A DNA stretch of 62,668 nt, the filler included, from Globobulimina sp. (taxonomy: Eukaryota): NCBI GenBank assembly GCA_003354225.1. It is 16 parts of 16 records of this genome, joined end to end, with 100 filler letters (N's around TTAATTAATTAA, not from the genome) between each part and the next. Parts side by side here need not be neighbours in the genome. Positions count along the whole stretch, not along the records: positions 7,853 to 11,678 come from PIVH01002032.1; positions 11,779 to 15,604 come from PIVH01002033.1; positions 15,705 to 19,529 come from PIVH01002034.1; positions 19,630 to 23,453 come from PIVH01002035.1; positions 23,554 to 27,377 come from PIVH01002036.1; 11 more parts are not named here. One strand, written 5' to 3'. The position numbers were made by a program, and so were the translations under genes. Of this stretch, positions 11,513 through 23,757 are shown piece after piece. The notes under the pieces are model-generated. The model made no database searches and was not told the origin of the DNA. It worked only from the letters and a program-made list of their open reading frames with translations. Position 1 is the first letter of the stretch. The number at the start of each line of letters is the position of its first letter.

Positions 11513-11880
11513 GCTTAGTTGTCGAATTAAGTAAAACTATACAAAGCAAAATGGATTTTGTAAGGGCGACTACAGGAGAGTGATTTGCCCAGAACTGGCT
11601 GCAAGTCGTCAAATTATTTAGGTTAAATTCCTTGTTTTTGGTTATTTTTCCAAATGTGCTCATTATTTCAATACAAATNNNNNNNNNNNNNNNNNNNNNN
11701 NNNNNNNNNNNNNNNNNNNNNNTTAATTAATTAANNNNNNNNNNNNNNNNNNNNNNNNNNNNNNNNNNNNNNNNNNNNCAACCACAGTCTGGAGATCATT
11801 TATCAACCGCCAACATTGACAAAAGTCATAATCAACGATCAGCATCGAATCCAATTCCAAATTAGAAAAAAACACAGAAG

Positions 11881-14007
11881 ATAAAGAAAAAACATAGTAG
11901 ATCTAGACAAGTAAGACAACCCTCAAAACGAGTCAAAGCCAATAAATCTACAATCTCCGAGTTAGAGCCAAATAGATCCATCAGCAACAAAGGCATGTAT
12001 AATCTGTGCATGTATATTCATATGATACCTGATATATATTTCGTTAATTCCAGAGGATTTAGAAACTGTCTCGACATGGCTAAAATATCAAGGCGACAAA
12101 ATGTTATGTTTATATGTAATATTATTTATAGTGGACATTTTATTATTTTTTTCAACTGTGCTATATTTGGTTTGTCATAGCGCTCCGATTGGCGGCACAC
12201 AAGTGACGTACAGAACTTTAGGTGATATCTGCAGTGTTGTTTATAGAACGATGATTCTTTTTCTTTGTTGGAGATTTATTAATGAATTATTAACCGGTAC
12301 CTTTACTACACAACAATTGCAAACACAACAGATTGATAATGAAAATTTGAAACAGTTATTACGTGTCAGACAAAAGAAATATAAATGGTGGCAAAAGCTT
12401 CATTATATGTTTAAAGATTTGGATTTAAATCAATTTACAATCGCTGCTTTGTTGTGCTCAGTACATCAGTTATTTAATGCAGGCTTATTATGGATTGCTG
12501 TGTATAATGGTGCAGATAAACGGTATATTTTATCAGCTGCCCATTATTTCTTAGGCGGATTTTCTATCGCTGTCCCTGGTATTTGTTTGAATCAATTTGT
12601 GAGGTTCCATCAAAAAAGAAAGAAGGAACGTTTACAAAATGAATATGACACTGAAGGTATGTACATATAGCATAGAAACGCATACCTTAGTTTTGTTCAA
12701 ATAACTTATAATTACAGCTACGATTATATCGGATTTATCAAAGTTGGAAGTAATTGGGGAGACAATATTTTCTGACGGATGCACACTGGGCTTGGTTTTA
12801 TTTGGTTTTGGTGTCGAGTTAGTACAATTTTGTTGTGTTCCTGCCATGAATCACAGGGATATCATGATTATGCAAAATGTAATGTATGACTGCCAAGGTG
12901 ATATTAATTGTGACATCAGACCAGAGTTTGTTGTTTGCGAGTTGGTTTTTAGAATGTTTGTTGGGATGTCCTTGTTGAATAATTTGGTGTTGTTAGGATC
13001 TATACTGTCGGAACAAATGCACACTGAAAGTAGTTTGACAAATATTGCAAAAATATTCAATCCACTGTGCTATGTATTTTTGTTGTTGGCGCTATTGATG
13101 GATTTAAGAATTACTAATAGTTATTGGCGAACAGAATTTAAGGTAGTTGAATGGTTTTGGATTACAGTTCATATCATGGGCTTATTGGTAATGGTTCATG
13201 TTTTTAGAAAGTTTTTTACTTTGAATCACAAAAGTTTAGTTAATTTATGCCATCATGCTTATTTCTATGACTTTAATTAAACATCTTCTATAATCATAAG
13301 TTAAATTTGCATTAAAACGAAGTGATATCAAAGCTGCAACCTCGTTATTTTGTGAAGCTGTTGTATTAGCTTCGTTTGCTGTGTTTTCTACGTTTTTCAT
13401 TAGTATCGACCAAGATTTATTCAAACACAGCAATATCACTATCTGGAGGCAATGGATAATGATAACATATCATATTTTTCAAATTAAGATATTACATTTT
13501 GCCAATAAAATACAGAAAGTCCCATCATTTCCATCAAATTCAAAACTTGGATCTCCGACAGATTGGACGGGTTGTTTCGGACTTAAAGCGTGTTGTGTTT
13601 GGATTGCGTTTGTTAATTTATATGATTTTGTGTATTCGTTTATGTTTGAAGCCAGAGAATATGATCAGGTGATGAATGGAAATGAAATTAGCAAAGATGA
13701 GCATAATGATATATTGTTATATAAATGGTCGTATAGTTTATCGTTTGCTGTTTCTCATTTGATACTATGGTCTTTATGTTGTTCCATTGAATTCATTGTT
13801 AAGTATAATGAAGCATCCAAGCAGCAAAAAGGAAAAAATAAAAGAAAAAAGAAGGTAAATGATAATCAGAGCATTAATGGTTATGATGGACACCTAAGCT
13901 CTTTATACATTAAATCTGAGAATGACATTGCAATTAATATCATACATCAGGAAGATTCGGCAAGCGCTGTGGCGGGTTCACTAAACCCTTTGCTTGAAAG
14001 CGATTAA
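11881..14007 (+). CDS. Spliced polytopic membrane protein, otopetrin-like; start unresolved
   Basis: ORFs 12101-12670, 12744-13280 and 13381-14007 join through short introns to give about 10 or more TM segments. C-terminal helices (YHIFQIKIL, AFVNLYDFVYSFMFE, CCSIEF) resemble the otopetrin pattern. Confidence 0.5.
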
Positions 14008-14427
14008 GTGACAACTTACCTTATAAGTACTAGTTTGTATATTATAAATATTAAATTATCTGTACTCAGTAGTGAGTACTCATATATAGTCTCGTACTCT
14101 GATTTTTCGTTGTTATGTGTTGTGATTATTGTGATCCATTTTGTTTTTATGTTTTCATCGTTTATTAATATATAAGTAATAAACGCATGAACTATTTGGT
14201 TTTAATTTGTGTTATTTGTATGTTTTTATTTTGTTGTCAAGTCCAGGACAGCGTTTAAATATCGATTTAACTCAAATGACAAGTTCCCATTTGTAGAGAA
14301 TGTAATCAATGTATGATCTATATACCAAACACTAATTCCAATTAGATAGATCATCAAATCCGGTTTCTTCGTATGATTATATTTATATAATGCTAACGTT
14401 TTTAAATTGAAGACTGCAGTTTGAATA

Positions 14428-15604
14428 ATGTCAGCTGGCCTGTTTTGCATTGGTTGTTGTCAAATCGCCTCCTCAAAGAACGAAGAAACTCCATTGGTCT
14501 CAGGATCCACTATTTCTGAATCAGAAAATACAACCAATGTTCAAAATGTTCTAAGTGCCAGAAAAAAAGTAGGATTCGTAATATTATCTGCAGTTGTTTT
14601 GCTTGTAATTGTCTTCATTGTAATGGTTATTTATGTTGGTGGAGCTAAGGGAAGCTCTTCAACCAAACATAATTTCTTGTTTGTAAACAATAGCAATGGT
14701 TTTATTTATACGATGGATGGCTATTATGGCACAACAGAAGCATTTTGTGTTGATATCACAGATTCTAAATTTTTATATGTTGGTGAAAACGATGGAGTTT
14801 ATGAAAAATGCCAATCCGTTAATTACAACACGTTTGACACGATTGATGCTGATGGTTTTACCATACTGCCAGGTTTAATTGATGCACATGCTCATATTAT
14901 GTCTCTTGGGCGGAATTTTTTCAACGCGGACTTATCTGCAGCACAATCCACAGAAGATATTATTGATAGTTTGCAAGAATTTGTTGATGCGAACGCTCCG
15001 TTTAATGAATCTAAGTGGTTACAAGGTTGGGGATGGTTTGTTAATTATTTACTGCACAGCTCAACAAATACGTTTTTCCCACAGTGTTTTCGTTATAAAA
15101 TTCCACGGATCACTGCGGAAAAACGTATGTTTTTATATATATATCAAATAGGGATCAGAATAAGTGGCAAGATTGGAATGCTGCTGATTTACCAACTCGG
15201 TGGATGTTGGATGCTGCATTTCCAACAATAAAAATATATTTGCGTAGGATTGATGGCCATGCGGCGTGGATAAATAGTGCAGATTTGTATTATTTGCCTA
15301 TATTTGCCGACTGACTCTAAAATGGAATATTTTTATAAGGATTTATTTACTTTAAATGGAGCTAAATTTAGAATGGATGGTGCTTTGGGAAGGTATATTT
15401 TTGTGTTGCATATTATATTTAGATACATTGCAAATATATATTATAAAAGTTGGGGTGCTGCCTTTGTTGAACCATATTGCGGCCACATTGGGTTGTTAAT
15501 GTACGATGATATCAATCTATTTTATCAAAACATTTCAATGTGGCATCAAAGAGGATATCAAGTTGGAGTCCATACATTATATTATATTTTAATAACTTAC
15601 TTAT
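14428..15604 (+). CDS. Membrane-anchored amidohydrolase-3 (YtcJ-like), 3'-partial, internal segment missing
   Basis: ILPGLIDAHAH, GWGWDQN (intron 15036-15151), RIDGHAAWINS, KFRMDGALGSWGAA and GYQVGVH. Confidence 0.82.
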
Positions 15605-15705
15605 NNNNNNNNNNNNNNNNNNNNNNNNNNNNNNNNNNNNNNNNNNNNTTAATTAATTAANNNNNNNNNNNNNNNNNNNNNNNNNNNNNNNNNNNNNNNN
15701 NNNNA

Positions 15706-16881
15706 CCATTACCATCACCTGCTAAAACAGCATTATATTTAACTGAACAAAGTATTGAATTCATTGAAGAATGGGTCCAAGATTTTGGCGCATTCTATTT
15801 TCGATTAAAATTAGGTTACACGCATTTGATAAAAATACATCATATTCATTTTCCAAATAAAAGGTTGCATGAAAAGGAGCAACAACAATTAAAGCAAATG
15901 AATCACATAAAACGATTAAAAGTAAAATTGCAACGATTCATTGAATTAACATCAAAATTCAAGCAAAAATATCCCAAAATAGTTGCATTTTTGAATGAAT
16001 TTGAAATCAAATTACAAAAAATTACACCAACATTTGATGCAATATTGCAACAAGAACAAAAACAAAAAACATCGCCAAACAACAGTGAAATTGTTGGGTT
16101 TTCTGACGATGAGACTGAGAGCGACGGCGACGAGGAAAGTGATATCGATGCCGATTTGCATTTAAAATTGCCAATATTTCCTGCAGTCCACAATAATAAT
16201 AATAACAGTAATTATGAAACTGGAATGGAAGCAGATGATTTTTTAAATACTTTTGATTTTGAGAGTAGTTATCAAAGATATGGATTACAGAAAGGATATT
16301 CATTGCAAATAACAATTGACACAAATTTGGATAATTATTTGCAAAAAGAAACAAAAAATGATCATGAGAATAAACAAAAAAGATTGTTGAAACAAATCGC
16401 AATCTACAGATATTTAATAGAGACAAAGTTGGAAAATCAAATCCAAGAATGGAGATCTATTTTAATTAATGCTCAGTTGAATGTTATCACAAATAAAGAC
16501 AAACGAGTGATTTTAGCAAATTATAGAAATGCTATTTTACGCAAATTGGATCGTATTCATAGCAAAATGAGCACATTGATTGCAAAGTGTAATAGGTTGA
16601 AAATTGAAGGACAAAAAAGTAATAAACATTGGAAAAAGAAGGAGCATAAAGAAAAGATAGCAATGACTCGCTATGTAGATGTGAAAGCTTCTCTTGTTTT
16701 TGCAAATGATGAAATTAAAAAACGTAAAGAAGAGGAAATGATAAAACGGAAACTGTTAACGCGGGGAAAAAATCCATCCGTTGTTCGACAGCAACGAAAA
16801 AGAATATTGTTTAAAAAATTATTACCAAAGCAAAAGAGACCAAAAGGTGTTCAATTTGGGTTTAAATTGCCAGAAAAATGA
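15706..16881 (+). CDS. UVSSA: UV-stimulated scaffold protein A-like, 5'-partial
   Basis: PLPSPAKTALYL...IEEWVQDFGAFYFRLKLGYTHL matches the end of the UVSSA VHS-like region. The frame is open from the contig start. Confidence 0.7.
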   Translation, partial: PLPSPAKTALYLTEQSIEFIEEWVQDFGAFYFRLKLGYTHLIKIHHIHFPNKRLHEKEQQQLKQMNHIKRLKVKLQRFIELTSKFKQKYPKIVAFLNEFEIKLQKITPTFDAILQQEQKQKTSPNNSEIVGFSDDETESDGDEESDIDADLHLKLPIFPAVHNNNNNSNYETGMEADDFLNTFDFESSYQRYGLQKGYSLQITIDTNLDNYLQKETKNDHENKQKRLLKQIAIYRYLIETKLENQIQEWRSILINAQLNVITNKDKRVILANYRNAILRKLDRIHSKMSTLIAKCNRLKIEGQKSNKHWKKKEHKEKIAMTRYVDVKASLVFANDEIKKRKEEEMIKRKLLTRGKNPSVVRQQRKRILFKKLLPKQKRPKGVQFGFKLPEK

Positions 16882-16950
16882 CAAAAACGCCTGTTTTTGT
16901 CAAATGTTAATTTTAGAAAAGGATTTTCTGACTTGCCTTGACCTGCGGTT

Positions 16951-18781
16951 ATGAATGATGCAAATTTTAAGCTCCTATCAAATATAGTCGGCCATTCATA
17001 TTGTGAGCAAGCAAAATCGAGTAGAAATAAAAGAGAAAAGCGGATAAAAGCGTTACTATCATCTCGATGCATAAGTGATGATGGCTGGGACAAACAAACC
17101 ATAGCATTATTTTTATCAGAATTAGCATGTATGGATACAAATAATTTTGTTGGTAATGTCGGTGTCGGAGAGAGAGAAGCACGGATTTATAGTGATATAG
17201 TATCCGATAGATATTATGGTTTAGGACACGGCATTGGTCGCAGCGGTGACATTGCTGCAATTCAACCAAAAGCCGCTGGCTCTTCATTAATAAATCAAAT
17301 CACAAATAAAATTGTCAAAAATCTCATCAAAATGGATATAAAATGTATTAAAAATGTATTAATATTTCCATTTGCAACCGGTATGGCCATTGTTATGTCA
17401 CTGTTAACTTTAAAACAAAGACTCAATGATCCAAACAAAAAATATATTTTATGGCCAAGAATTGATCAAAAAACGTGTTTAAAAGCAATGATTACTGCAG
17501 GTTTTGAGGTGATTATTATCAATAACATTGTAAACGAAAATGGTGATGAATTAAATACCAATTTAAAAATGATTGAAACTCAAATTAACAAACTTGGCAA
17601 CGATAACATTTTATGTGTGTTGTCAACATCATCTTGCTTTGCACCGCGAGCACCTGATAATATCATTGAAATTGGCAAAATCTGTAAAAAATATGATATA
17701 TATCATGTATGTAACAATGCATATGGTTTACAATCAATATCAACCTGCAAACTCATACAAAAAGTATGCTATTTACTCCTTGCACTTAAACACATTCATT
17801 ATAACTTCTACTCATTTAATTTTTTGTTTGCAGTGTTGGGAAATATCAAGAATTGACATTTTGATTCAAAGCACAGACAAAAACTTTATGGTTCCGGTCG
17901 GCGGATCGATTGTGGCCTCCATTGTGGACGCACAGTTTATTGAGGAGTTATCGACGATATATCCAGGCAGAGCCTCCATATCACCCATTCTTGACTTATT
18001 TATCACTTTGTTGAGTCTGGGGAAAAACAATTGGCTTTCAATGAGACAGCAACAACGAGAAAATTTAATATATTTTAAGCATGTGTTACAGAAAGTATTT
18101 AACGGAGATCGAGACGATGAAAAACAGGCTATTGCAAAGGCAGAGGACACCAAACAAGATCTTGTGATGATCAATGAACGTGTTTTAAACACACCAAATA
18201 ATGAAATATCGATTGGATTGACATTGAATACATTATACTGTGATGATAAAAACATTAAATCAGTGACCAAATTGGGATCAATGTTGTTTTCACGCTGTGT
18301 TTCTGGCGCTAGAATTGTTGTGCCTGGAATGACTAAAAAAGTGGGCAAATATGAGTTTGATAATTATGGTGGACACATTGAGGGAGGCTATCATAGTCCG
18401 TATGTCACAGTTACTTCATCCATCGGAATGAGCAAGAATGATATTAATGAGTTTGTGTTCAGATTATTAAAATGCTATCATCAGTTATTGAAAGTGAAAC
18501 ATTCCCGAAATTTAGTCATTATGAAAGCTCATATGAGTGCTTTTAACAATAAACGAATGCAAGCGCCGCAAAATAATATGCCAGGAAAGAAGATCACGAC
18601 AAAAGGTAAAAACAAGACAAAGAAGGGTAAAACAAAGAAAATTAAACAGTTGGCATATTTTGACAGTAGTTCTAGTAAAGCGTTTTCTCATTTACTTATT
18701 GGACTATCATTTGGTGTTTTGGCTGGAATTGTAATGGCAAAGAATATGACAAATGGCGCCGGCGAGTCACAAAATGAATGA
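16951..18781 (+). CDS. SEPSECS: O-phosphoseryl-tRNA(Sec) selenium transferase
   Basis: MDTNNF..NVGVGERE, HGIGRSGD, QPKAAGSS, RIDQKTC, SCFAPR, NNAYG and PLP-lysine QSTDKNFMVPVGG. Phase-0 intron 17764-17833. Confidence 0.97.
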
Positions 18782-18838
18782 TTGTTTTAATAATTTTATA
18801 CAAGTCCGCTATGAGCCGTTAACCTTTTTCATCTTCAT

Positions 18839-19529
18839 TTACATTTTGCAAACTATTATTCGTGTTTCATAACATCCAGGATACATTTCAAGTATTTCTT
18901 CATCTTTATCAAAATAGTTTGAATTAAATAATAATGGTTTCTTAATATATCGTGGCGGATTGGCCCCATTAACATATAAACATTGATTACATCCATTAAA
19001 TCCCCATAAATAATATTGATTGTCCGCTGTTTTAATAATATTATGATGCATACCACATTTAATATCAATAATTGTTTCCTTTTTTAATGTTTCATTTGGT
19101 TGTGGCAAACATACATTTTTTTTGGAACCATTCCCGCATTGATACACTGCGTTCACTCCAAAACAATACACCTTATTATTTATTAAAATATATTTGTAAA
19201 AATAAATAAACACAACACAAAAAGATCAAAACTTTGTTATTTAATGATAATAATATATTATGTAAAGAACCACAACATATTTTACCAATTTTAATATTGT
19301 TTTGAATAAAATATTGTATTCTTGTTGGTGAATATCTATTATTATCATCGCCATGACCTAACCTACCATATTTACCAAGTCCCCATGACCAAACACCATA
19401 ATTATCACCAAGTGCTAAGGTATGATGACGTCCACAATATATATCCTTAAATTTTATTTTTATTTGAATTTCTTGAATATTTGGTGATGATACAATATCT
19501 TTACCTAATCCACAACCGGTACCCGCAAT
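18839..19529 (-). CDS. RCC1-repeat protein, 5'-partial
   Basis: Repeated I.CG.HH...WG.G.YG.LG units (CGRHHTLAL, WSWGLGKYGRLG, CGMHHN). One short intron near 19173-19232. Confidence 0.85.
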
Positions 19530-20070
19530 NNNNNNNNNNNNNNNNNNNNNNNNNNNNNNNNNNNNNNNNNNNNTTAATTAATTAANNNNNNNNNNNNNNN
19601 NNNNNNNNNNNNNNNNNNNNNNNNNNNNNTATATTACTATTGTTTTGAATGAAGGGAAAGTAATATGTTCAGATGAAGGTACTGTTAACAGATGACTTTG
19701 TCTTAATAAATTTATTCCAATATTGCCAACATAATGAGTTATACATTTAACATAATGAGTTAATTACATCAACTAATAAAATATTTACATGATCTACAGC
19801 ATAGACTACGACTTCCTCAGTTGTTAATACTACAAAAACACAGTTTTTATTATTGCGATTATGATTACATTTGGTTAATAGCGGCTTTTGTCCATATTTG
19901 CATAATAATTGAATATGAAAACAATATTTCCATCTCGAGAGACTTAACCAATCACTGCCAGACCAGCAATTTTTATAATTTTATTTATGCAAACAAATAT
20001 AAATAAAAACTATTTAAACGCTAAGTGCATTGGAAAACATTCTGACGGTGAAAAATGTAAACGTTTCCCT

Positions 20071-20115
20071 ATTTACAAACAGGTTTGTCTCAATTACAAA
20101 CAGATTTGTCTCAAA
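20071..20115. repeat. Tandem pair of a ~23-bp motif with a palindromic core
   Basis: ATTTACAAACAGGTTTGTCTCAA followed by ATTACAAACAGATTTGTCTCAAA. Confidence 0.9.
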
Positions 20116-22303
20116 CGTTTTTGTTATTATTGATACATGATATACTTAACGTTTTCATTTTATTTGCTTCAAACAGGGACGGAGAGAGTGGTAATGGCGG
20201 TGTAGGTGTTATAGGCGGTTGTATTGGCCCGTGTTGAATATTATTTTTTGTATCAGTACCAATGATATTGTTATACTCAATAGAACTATTTATATCATTT
20301 GGTGTTTCTGTTACACACTCTTTAAGATGTGATGACATTCGATTTGTGGTTGTTTCAGGCATAGTATTATCACTGTTATTGCTTAAATAATTATCGTTAT
20401 TTTTCACTTTATTTACATCTAATTTATTCTGATCATTGTTTAAAATTTCAATATCACTATCTTCATCTGATAATATTTGTATTTGTTGTCTTACTTTTAA
20501 CTCATATTTAGCCAATATTTCATTGATAGTATCACTATAACATTCGTCGGATAATTGAAGATATAAATCATAGATTGCATTGATGTATTCATCAATATAC
20601 GTACAATAAAGATAATTTGCCTGAGCTTTAAATGTTAATATATTATTCAAATTACGCTGTGCTTCTTTAAATTTGTTCGGATTTTGATCTTGAAAAAAAT
20701 ATATAATAAACCAAGATATTTTTTTCCAGTTTAAACGTGTACTGATTTTAAATTGACCACAGTCTTTTAATTTCATTCCTAATCTCCATCTCCATATACT
20801 ACAATTAATAACAGTGGCAACATATTCATTCATCGCTTTTGAGACATCAACGTCGACACATTTTGTAATCACACTCAATTGATTAGAATTTCTTAATGCA
20901 ATCAAAATAAAAATTGTATTATTCTCATTGGTTTTAAGTTTTAATAAATCTTTTTGTGTAACAACATCGGTTTTATGATATATTACTAATGGTTTTAAAT
21001 TATGTTGCTGTCGAATTTCATAATAAATAAAATTAATATGTTTTTGCTGTAAATAATTCATCACATCATCGAATTTCATTTCATTCAAATTATCCAATAT
21101 TTTAATTATTTTACATTTACGTGAAATTGTAGCAAACTCACTCGCAAATAATGACTTTTTAAATTTGAATGACTCTCGTTTTTCTTTAAATGATAATGTG
21201 CGTAATTCCGTTTCCGTTTTTTGTAATTGAGTTAATATTTTTTGTCTACAATCAAGATAAATTGTGGCAGTTTTTTGTTTTTTTATTGGATTTGGATCAA
21301 TATCATAATATTTATCATGTTCTTGTTTGAATTGTTTCTCTCTATATTTAATGGTTCTTTTTTTTGAGTGTGATATATTTTTGGTGGAGTTGTGATCACT
21401 GTCACTCTCACTGCTCAATTCACTGAATGTTTTATGATGAACTGTCGATTGAATGATGTTTTTGACGGCCGATTTATTTATACTTGGTGGAATATCATCA
21501 CATGATTCCCAATCATTGGAATTCTTAATATTGTTACTTTGCATATTAATATCATTACTTTCAATATAACTTTCCACACTTTGCTCTTTTTTGCACGCTG
21601 CATTTCTGTTTGTAAAGTGTTTTCAAAGCATGGTGAAATAAAAAGTGTGTCACTTTTACCTTGGAAACGAATTAAAAAAAGTGTTTTTGTTGTTTGTCTG
21701 ACTAGTTAGGCAGTAGTAGTTTAACGCAATTTCGCAACCTAACTTATTTTTGTTAAGCCATGATCTATGATGACCTCGTAAATGTTGTATAACTTTCGAG
21801 GGCTGACTTCCCTGAAACGGTAAACCATGAGGTCCATGTTTTGAATGTTTGCATAATTGATGTACTGTCAATTTCGGTGATATTTCACTTTGACTTTTTC
21901 CTTCATCAAATAATGTTTTTTCAAAAATATATGATTGGCAATATCGACATATCGGGTTACATATATTCATATTTGTAACATTAATTTTTATTATGTTCCA
22001 ATCGATTCTTTTTTGTATATTTTTATTAAATTTATAGCTATCTTCTTTTTGTTTTTTTTTCGTTTCTGAAAATTTTATGCGTTGTTTAGCAACATTGCTA
22101 GGTTGTTGTCTATAATGTGAGGGAAATGAATAAGGGGATGGATAACCAGATGGATAACCGGATGGATAACCGGAAGGAAAACCGGATGGAAATGGATATC
22201 CTGATGGAGATGGAGATGGATAACCAGTTGGAGGTGGATATCCATAGATTGGATGATAGTACATTGGATATACAGAGCTCGCCTTATGCTTTTGGTCACT
22301 CAT
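20111..22303 (-). CDS. Two-exon protein with GYPS repeats and a BED/C2H2-like zinc finger
   Basis: Intron 21659-21606 (GTAAAA...ACAG) joins ORFs 21656-22303 and 20111-21577 in frame. Contains CRYC...SKVIQHLRGHH. Confidence 0.6.
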
Positions 22304-22381
22304 GCTTTGGAAATACTTTTATTTTGTTTCTGCACTAAAAAACTTTCTGGTGCTACGTAATATTTATTTTTTAGAATTAAG

Positions 22382-22404
22382 ATTTACAAACAGGTTTGTC
22401 TCAA
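22382..22404. repeat. Third copy of the 23-bp motif (identical to 20071-20093)
   Basis: ATTTACAAACAGGTTTGTCTCAA. Confidence 0.9.
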
Positions 22405-23757
22405 AAGTTTGTAATATTTTTCAGTATATATGATGATTATATTTGGTCTATGATCATCACATAAACAAAAGAGTACAACAAAAGAGTACAACAAACACAT
22501 TTCTCCACTGCCGTATCAAAAAAATCCAATGCCTGTAAATTAAATCTATTCCAATGTTGTACACAAATTTGCTGTTGAATTTCCTCAATATCCTGATTAC
22601 TAAAAGCATGCAATAGATTTACATGTTTGTCATATAATTCATTCCAATTCAATACAACCATTTTGTATTCAAATTCAAGCGGTGCATTTTCAGATTTTGT
22701 TTGATAAAAATATGAATTATATTTCACATAAAAACAGTAAATATCATTTTATATACATTTCCTTCACAATGTATACCTTCCCAACCACCATTCTCTTGAA
22801 AAAAAAACTAACTGCCATCTAAGACAAAAAATCTCCATTTTTCATCAAATTTTCAATTTGCCACTCAATAATATATTTAAAAGCGTTTTAATCAGTAAAA
22901 TCTTGTTAATATCCAATATTGTATACATTTTAATAGATATGCATATCCATTTACATTTACAATAGAAATAGAAACATAATGATCATGTAATGCATCATTA
23001 CATACAGTACATGCTAACGTATATTGTTTTAAATGATGATGTAATGATAATAACTATCAACAAATAATAATATAATATAATGAAATTAGACGACTTCAAC
23101 GATTTGAAAATGAAAACTTGCTCCAATTACACTTCAAAACACATAAAAATGACATTCTACCCCATTATGTTTCTAATCTTGTAATTATACGTTTGTATAC
23201 GATCATATTAGGAAAATGCAAGTATTTTTTGAGAATTTCTCACTTTGATGCATTATTATTTGTTTACAATCCAGTTTCAAAGGCGTTTTATGATATGATT
23301 GCATTTGATCCACATAATATATGCATTTTCAAATAGTTAATTTCATGATATACCCCACCCTTAAAAAAGGTTAATATTTGCACTGAAGGCTGTCCCGAGA
23401 CCTGACGTCACGGACGCAGCACAGGCGGAGGCTGCGCGCGAGCCACTCGTCGCNNNNNNNNNNNNNNNNNNNNNNNNNNNNNNNNNNNNNNNNNNNNTTA
23501 ATTAATTAANNNNNNNNNNNNNNNNNNNNNNNNNNNNNNNNNNNNNNNNNNNNACTTTTTAGGTTCACACTTCTTTTGTGATTGACTAAGTTTTTTGCAT
23601 GGCGCAGCCCCTAAATTTAGCCTCCCTTCTTCTTCAAAACTTCAAAATACTAAGAAATCAATCAATTGTTCTTTTCAAGTAAATAAGTGATTAGAAATAA
23701 ATATGATATCACTCATATGAGAGCTAACAAAATCGAAATATAAATGTGATGTCATTT

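Noticed and set aside
2216-11865. TAG reassignment or readthrough (in-frame TAG at 2216 and 11863)
   Set aside because: TAG ends genes normally at 9268 and 26494, long ORFs lack internal TAGs, and the HDAC case is explained by compensating indels.
16951-18840. tRNA-Sec, SECIS element or UGA-Sec gene near SepSecS
   Set aside because: None recognisable by eye. I also could not identify any tRNA or rRNA in the window; a covariance-model search would be needed.
20071-22404. CRISPR-like array from the 23-bp repeats
   Set aside because: Only three copies, no regular unique spacers, no cas genes, and a eukaryotic context.
22437-22727. Short ORF upstream of the zinc-finger gene (likewise 55116-55499)
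   Set aside because: Possibly coding, but there is no motif or clear gene structure to support a call.
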